This document shows, piece after piece, positions 59,588 through 64,000 of a stretch of DNA of 64,000 nt; within the stretch, counting starts at the first letter, position 1; every line of letters starts with the position of its first letter. The position numbers were made by a program, and so were the translations under genes. Under the pieces are notes generated by a model. It had not been told where the DNA came from, searched no databases, and was given only the letters and a program-made list of their open reading frames with translations. The DNA comes from Alphaproteobacteria bacterium (GTDB lineage: Bacteria; Pseudomonadota; Alphaproteobacteria; UBA7985). The stretch is taken from the NCBI GenBank assembly GCA_965661545.1, contig CBFIEF010000013.1, positions 1,393 through 65,392 of the forward strand. Direction: 5' to 3'.

Positions 59588-59878
59588 CTATTCGACGCCC
59601 TCGATCAGGACCACGTCACGGACAGACGACTTGGCGGAAAACGCCAGCGCTTCTTTGTAGATGTCGGAGTTGTAGCACTCGACTGCGGCTTCCAGTGACG
59701 GGAACTCGACAACCACGTTACGGGCGCGGTCGCGGCCTTCGCACTGCACGTGTCGGCCACCACGCGCGACGAACTTGCCGCCGTGGGACTCAATGGCGTC
59801 CTTGGCGATTTTAGCGTAGTCGCCATAGACCTCGGGATCGGTGACTTCGACGTTGGCAACCCAATAAGCTTTAGGCAT
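59588..59878 (-). CDS. DUF1330 family protein
   Basis: MPKAYWVANVEVTDPEVYGDYAK… characteristic DUF1330 N-terminus; about 96 aa. Confidence 0.7.
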   Translation of the reverse strand: MPKAYWVANVEVTDPEVYGDYAKIAKDAIESHGGKFVARGGRHVQCEGRDRARNVVVEFPSLEAAVECYNSDIYKEALAFSAKSSVRDVVLIEGVE

Positions 59879-60006
59879 GGCAACTCTCCTGCTTGAACGA
59901 AATACTGCTGCAGAGAATGGCGGATGACGGGTGGAGGGGACAACCCCCTTCCCGCGCTCGCAAGGCAGCTACGCCGTTTTCATCGCTGTTGAAGGGGGCA
60001 AAACCG

Positions 60007-60056
60007 GAGGCGATAGCCGACCGGCGACAGGGTCGCCGAGCTTCTCGCGTGAAAGC
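60007..60056 (+). repeat. Copy D of the dispersed intergenic repeat (forward, 3' part diverged)
   Basis: ggaggcgatagccgaccggcgacagggtcgccgag…. Confidence 0.55.
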
Positions 60057-60089
60057 AAAAATCAATCAACGAAGAACGAGGGCGAAAAT

Positions 60090-60160
60090 GGAGGCGGCAG
60101 CCGACCGGCGGCGGAGCCGACGATCTGCTTGCGCGTGACGGGTTCGAACCCCGCGAAGCG
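60090..60160 (+). repeat. Copy E of the dispersed intergenic repeat (forward, full length)
   Basis: ggaggcggcagccgaccggcggcggagccgacgatctgcttgcgcgtgacgggttcgaaccccgcgaagcg. Confidence 0.65.
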
Positions 60161-60192
60161 GGGGAGAACCCGGCGCGCCACATCAGTGCGGG

Positions 60193-61065
60193 TTAGCGCT
60201 TGCCGTAATACAGTCCCACGACATGCTCAGCCTCAGCAAAAAACAGCCATCGCGAGGCCAGTAACCCCACTGTATGCAGGCCCAGCGCCACCAAACGCCC
60301 CATCAGATCCGGCACCACAATCGCAATCAGCGCCGGTACGACACCAACCAAAACCACGGCAATAATCCGCAGACGCTGCTGGTGCTTTCGGCCAACGGAA
60401 TAGGCCATTTCCTTGAGCAGGTAGTTGGTCCCGGAGTGCGGGCTTTCGAGCAAGCGGACCGAGCCGATCCGGCCTAATCCTGTTGCCGTTTCCATCGTAT
60501 GACCCGCTTGAGCAAACTTGCGGTCACCCAACAACCAATAAGCCACCTGCAGCACGGTCAGCACCACCAGCATCACCACCAGGCTCCAGCCTTCCATGAC
60601 CAGAATCCCGCTGCCACCAATGGAAAACAGCATGAACAACGGCGGCACCAACGCCATGTTCCAGCGTGGCACCGTCTTCAGTTGGGCGTAAATCATCGAC
60701 GTGCACAGTACCGTCAGCAGTGACAGCCCCGCACCGATCCACCCAAGAATCGCCAAATCAATGCCCAGAAACACCCGGCCAAAGGCAAAGGGCGCCAGCA
60801 CCACAAGAGCGCCAACAGATACAACGCCTTCGCGGCTCAACCAACTGGACCGCCACTGCGAAAACGCCTTGAGCGCCCGCTCGGGGTGCCCCAGATGCAA
60901 GGTGGAAAACACCAGCCCTGCGATGGACAAGCCATAGGCCAGTCCAAAGGCGAAAAAGGCGTTCCAGCCCTCAACATAGGGCGCGCCCAAACCCAGCCAG
61001 ATCAGCAAGCCAAAGCCGATCCCGGACAGGGACGTGAAAAGGATAATCGATGGTGCAGGATGCAT
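60193..61065 (-). CDS. DmsC-like membrane anchor subunit of a molybdopterin oxidoreductase
   Basis: Eight TM helices; DmsC/YnfH-like size and topology. Confidence 0.65.
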   Translation of the reverse strand: MHPAPSIILFTSLSGIGFGLLIWLGLGAPYVEGWNAFFAFGLAYGLSIAGLVFSTLHLGHPERALKAFSQWRSSWLSREGVVSVGALVVLAPFAFGRVFLGIDLAILGWIGAGLSLLTVLCTSMIYAQLKTVPRWNMALVPPLFMLFSIGGSGILVMEGWSLVVMLVVLTVLQVAYWLLGDRKFAQAGHTMETATGLGRIGSVRLLESPHSGTNYLLKEMAYSVGRKHQQRLRIIAVVLVGVVPALIAIVVPDLMGRLVALGLHTVGLLASRWLFFAEAEHVVGLYYGKR

Positions 61066-61089
61066 GGTCTTTACGCCTTTCCGTGTGGC

Positions 61090-61890
61090 TTAGAGTTTGT
61101 CGAGGGCTTTGTCGAGCCAGCCAAAGAAACCCGGCGCGTCTTTGGCCTCAGCCTCCAGCGCTGTGCCGCAACCGCCTTGGAAGCTGCTGTTCTTGGCGGC
61201 CATATCGGCCAGCGTCTTTTGACGCGGTGGCAGGTACTGGTTCACAGGCTTGGTACCCTGCTCTTCCATTAGGCTGATCCCGCCACGTTCCGCGACAAGG
61301 GTGCTGACGTTGGAGTCAGGATCAGCAAAATCGCCAAAATGCCGGGCGCCTGCAGGACAGGTGCGCACACAGGCTGGCTCGCGGTCTTCTTCGGGCAGGT
61401 TTTCGTTGTAAATCCGGTCAACACACAGGGTGCATTTCTTCATCACTTGCTCGACAGGATCCATTTCGCGCGCGCCGTAAGGACAAGCCCAAGCACAGAG
61501 ACCACAGCCGATACAGTCGTCTTCATTGACCAGCACAATGCCGTCTTCAGTCCGCTTGTAGGACGCGCCTGTGGGACAGACAGTCACGCAAGGCGCGTCT
61601 TCACAGTGCAAGCAGGATTTGGGGAAATGCACCACTTGCGCAATCGGCGTTTCACCGATGACTTGGCGGTCAGCTTCGGTCACTGCCGGCGAAACTTCAA
61701 AGGTGTGCACGCGGTTGAGGAACGATCCAACAGGGTCCGCACCATAGGCGTTGGTATCCGCCAGCGGCGCACCGTAGTTGGACGTGTTCCATTCTTTACA
61801 GCTGATGACACAGGCGTGGCAGCCCACACAGGTATCAAGGTCGATGACCAGACCGAGCTTTTTCTCGGTGGTTTCAGGTAAAGTCGTCAT
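61090..61890 (-). CDS. 4Fe-4S ferredoxin-type electron-transfer subunit (DmsB-like)
   Basis: Four Cys clusters (CVGCHACVISC, CLHCEDAPC, CIGCGLCAWAC, CTLCVDR…C). Confidence 0.85.
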   Translation of the reverse strand: MTTLPETTEKKLGLVIDLDTCVGCHACVISCKEWNTSNYGAPLADTNAYGADPVGSFLNRVHTFEVSPAVTEADRQVIGETPIAQVVHFPKSCLHCEDAPCVTVCPTGASYKRTEDGIVLVNEDDCIGCGLCAWACPYGAREMDPVEQVMKKCTLCVDRIYNENLPEEDREPACVRTCPAGARHFGDFADPDSNVSTLVAERGGISLMEEQGTKPVNQYLPPRQKTLADMAAKNSSFQGGCGTALEAEAKDAPGFFGWLDKALDKL

Positions 61891-61895
61891 GGCTC

Positions 61896-64000
61896 TTACT
61901 CCTCACCGAAACGGACGGTGTCCGGGCCTTGCCCGACGGGTGATTTCTGTATGCCCGTATCCGGCAGGCTTGCCGGTGGCGGTGTTTCGGTCCGCTCAAC
62001 GCGCACCCGTAAATCGTACCAAGCCGCTTGGCCCGTCACAGGATCCGAGTTGGACCAGCGCAAGCCGTCGCCCTTGGGCGGCAGCAGCTCGTGGATCAGG
62101 TGGTTGAGCAAGAAGCCTTTCTTGGCTTCAGGCGCTTCTGGATCAAGCGCCCAAGCGCCCTTGCGCTTACCAATGGCGTTCCAGGTCCAAACCGTGTTTG
62201 GGTTGAGCGCATCCATGCGCGCCACTGGAACGGTGATTTCACCGTGCGGCGAGGTCACGCGCGCCCAATCGCCTTCGGCAAAGCCCTGTGCTTCCCAAAC
62301 GGCTGTTGGGATGTAAAGCGGGTTGTGGCCGTGGATCTGGCGCAGCCACGCGTTCTGCGATCCCCATGAGTGATACATGGCCGCTGGCCGCTGAGTCAGG
62401 GCATGTAGAGGGTATTCTTCGTGGCTGACTTGCTGCTCTTCGAGCGGTTCCCACCACACAGGCAGCGGGTCGAGGGTTTCCAGCAAGCGCTCACGCAGGT
62501 GCTCGGGCGGCTGGTGATCGCCATGGCCGCGCGCGGCGCGCTGGAACTTGGCCATGGTCTCGACATAGAGCGAAAAAACATAAGGCTGTGGCTTGTCGAA
62601 GAAGGACTTCTCAACCGCCCAATCCTGATAGGCTTGGTTCCAAGGCTTAAAGAAAAGCGCCTCTTCAGGAATGTGCTCCATCCAGAAACCGCCGTTCTCG
62701 ATATAGCGTTCGAGCTGCTTAGGGTTCGGCGCGCCGCGGCCCCCGCCCTGCTCGTCCTCACCGCGCCAACCGGCCAGTGGACCGACGCCGGGGCGGCGCT
62801 CGTGGTTGACGATGTAATCGGCGTAATCTTCATACTTGGCCGAGCCGTCTTCGGTGACAAACCCCGGCAAACCGAGCTTTGCGCCCAGCTGAACCAGCGC
62901 AGACTGGAAGCCGCGCACGTCGCGGTCGGGCTCAACCACGGGCCAGCGGATGCTATCAGCGACAGCGTCAGCTTCACAAATGGGGCGATCAAGCAGGGAA
63001 ATACAGTCGTGGCGCTCTAAGTACGTCGTATCGGGCAGCACCAAGTCGGCAAAGGCGACCATTTCCGAGCTGTAGCTGTCGGAATAGATGATGTGCGGAA
63101 TGACGTATTCGCCAGTTTCCTCGTCCTTGTCCGTCAGCATGTCCATCACACCACGCGTGTTCATGGACGAGTTCCACGCCATATTCGCCATATACATGAA
63201 CAGCGTGTCGATCTTGTAAGGATCACCGGCGTGCGCGTTGGATATGACCATGTGCATCATGCCGTGCGCGGACATGGGGCTTTCCCATGTAAAGGCTTTA
63301 TCGATTCGCGCTGCGCTGCCGTCTTCCTTCAGCGCCAACTGCTCCGGACCACGCACGAAACCCAGATGCGGGCCGTTGAGCGGTGCGCCGGGGGTAACGC
63401 CGGCGTGCGGGGCGGGATGCGCCTCCATCGGCTTGGGATAGGGTGGCTTGAAACGGAACCCGCCGGGAACTTCGACCGAACCAAGCAGGATTTGCAAAAC
63501 GTGCAGCGCGCGACAGGTCTGGAAGCCGTTGGAGTGGGCTGAAATCCCGCGCATGGCGTGGAAAGCAACTGGCCGACCAATCATTTTTTCATGACGCTGA
63601 CCGCGGAAATCGGTCCACGGCTGATCGATTGTGATCTCTTCCTCAAAGGCCGTGTGGGCCAATTCGGCGGCTAAACGGCGGATGGTCGGTGCCGTAATAC
63701 CGGTTTGCTCCGCAACGGCCTCAGGGGCGTAGTCTTCGGACAGGTAACGCTCAGCGAGCAGCATGAACACTGACTTGTGCGCGACACCGTCTTCGCCAGT
63801 CCATGTCTTGCCCAGCTCTGGCTTGACGCCTTGAGCGTTCCACGCGACTGGCTGGCCCGACGTGCGGTCTAGCACCAGCGGTTCGCCGTCTGCATCGCGC
63901 AGGAACAGGCCAAATTCGCTGTTGTTGGGGTCTGATTGGACCAGATAGCCCGCGTTGGTGTAGCGGCTAAGGTAGCCCAGATCGACTTTGCCCGCTTTGA
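61896..64000 (-). CDS. Molybdopterin-dependent oxidoreductase catalytic subunit; 3' two-thirds only (gene continues past the window end)
   Basis: Reading frame is open from 64000 down to the stop at 61896; Mo-bisPGD enzyme family domains. Confidence 0.8.
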   Translation of the reverse strand, partial: KAGKVDLGYLSRYTNAGYLVQSDPNNSEFGLFLRDADGEPLVLDRTSGQPVAWNAQGVKPELGKTWTGEDGVAHKSVFMLLAERYLSEDYAPEAVAEQTGITAPTIRRLAAELAHTAFEEEITIDQPWTDFRGQRHEKMIGRPVAFHAMRGISAHSNGFQTCRALHVLQILLGSVEVPGGFRFKPPYPKPMEAHPAPHAGVTPGAPLNGPHLGFVRGPEQLALKEDGSAARIDKAFTWESPMSAHGMMHMVISNAHAGDPYKIDTLFMYMANMAWNSSMNTRGVMDMLTDKDEETGEYVIPHIIYSDSYSSEMVAFADLVLPDTTYLERHDCISLLDRPICEADAVADSIRWPVVEPDRDVRGFQSALVQLGAKLGLPGFVTEDGSAKYEDYADYIVNHERRPGVGPLAGWRGEDEQGGGRGAPNPKQLERYIENGGFWMEHIPEEALFFKPWNQAYQDWAVEKSFFDKPQPYVFSLYVETMAKFQRAARGHGDHQPPEHLRERLLETLDPLPVWWEPLEEQQVSHEEYPLHALTQRPAAMYHSWGSQNAWLRQIHGHNPLYIPTAVWEAQGFAEGDWARVTSPHGEITVPVARMDALNPNTVWTWNAIGKRKGAWALDPEAPEAKKGFLLNHLIHELLPPKGDGLRWSNSDPVTGQAAWYDLRVRVERTETPPPASLPDTGIQKSPVGQGPDTVRFGEE

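Noticed and set aside
60130-60165. tRNA T-arm-like GGTTCGAACCCC adjacent to a CCCCGCgaaGCGGGG hairpin
   Set aside because: No acceptor/anticodon arms can be folded around it. It is part of repeat copy E (the same motif recurs in copies B and C).
1-64000. Search for CRISPR arrays, rRNA and IS/transposase genes
   Set aside because: No regularly spaced direct repeats, no rRNA-like conserved stretches and no transposase/integrase-like ORFs were found. The only repeats are the dispersed ~50-70-bp family reported above.

Overview
High-GC alphaproteobacterial (Rhodobacterales-like) chromosomal window, almost entirely protein-coding. No rRNA, tRNA or CRISPR arrays were recognised. Recognisable content in order: a CI-like XRE/S24 repressor with an SOS-box-like site; hdaA; ndk; an ABC-F ATPase; a VapBC toxin-antitoxin pair; a co-oriented minus-strand gene array (holC, Lhr-type DExH helicase, DUF3445, PuuD-like amidotransferase, agmatinase-family, PuuB-like, PuuA-like, class III aminotransferase); a 2OG oxygenase; a secreted vWA/coiled-coil protein; an FMN glutamate-synthase-like gene interrupted by a frameshift; a secreted protein made of two tandem copies of a Cys-containing domain; fba-glpX; lldD; acetoacetyl-CoA synthetase; ggt; folK; a NYN protein; valine-catabolism genes (acd, mmsB, mmsA); a 1056-aa self-sufficient reductive-dehalogenase/reductase fusion; an IorAB-cytochrome c Mo-hydroxylase operon with a TetR gene; proXWV; glutarate catabolism (CoA-transferase, gcdH); and a DmsABC-like Mo-oxidoreductase running off the window edge. 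The most notable non-standard signals are the RdhA-reductase fusion, a ~70-bp dispersed intergenic repeat family with five copies, the frameshift in a C-homopolymer, a small lower-GC island (about 54.8-57.9 kb) carrying two acidic paralogues and a 5'-truncated Gln-rich protein, and the vWA coiled-coil protein.
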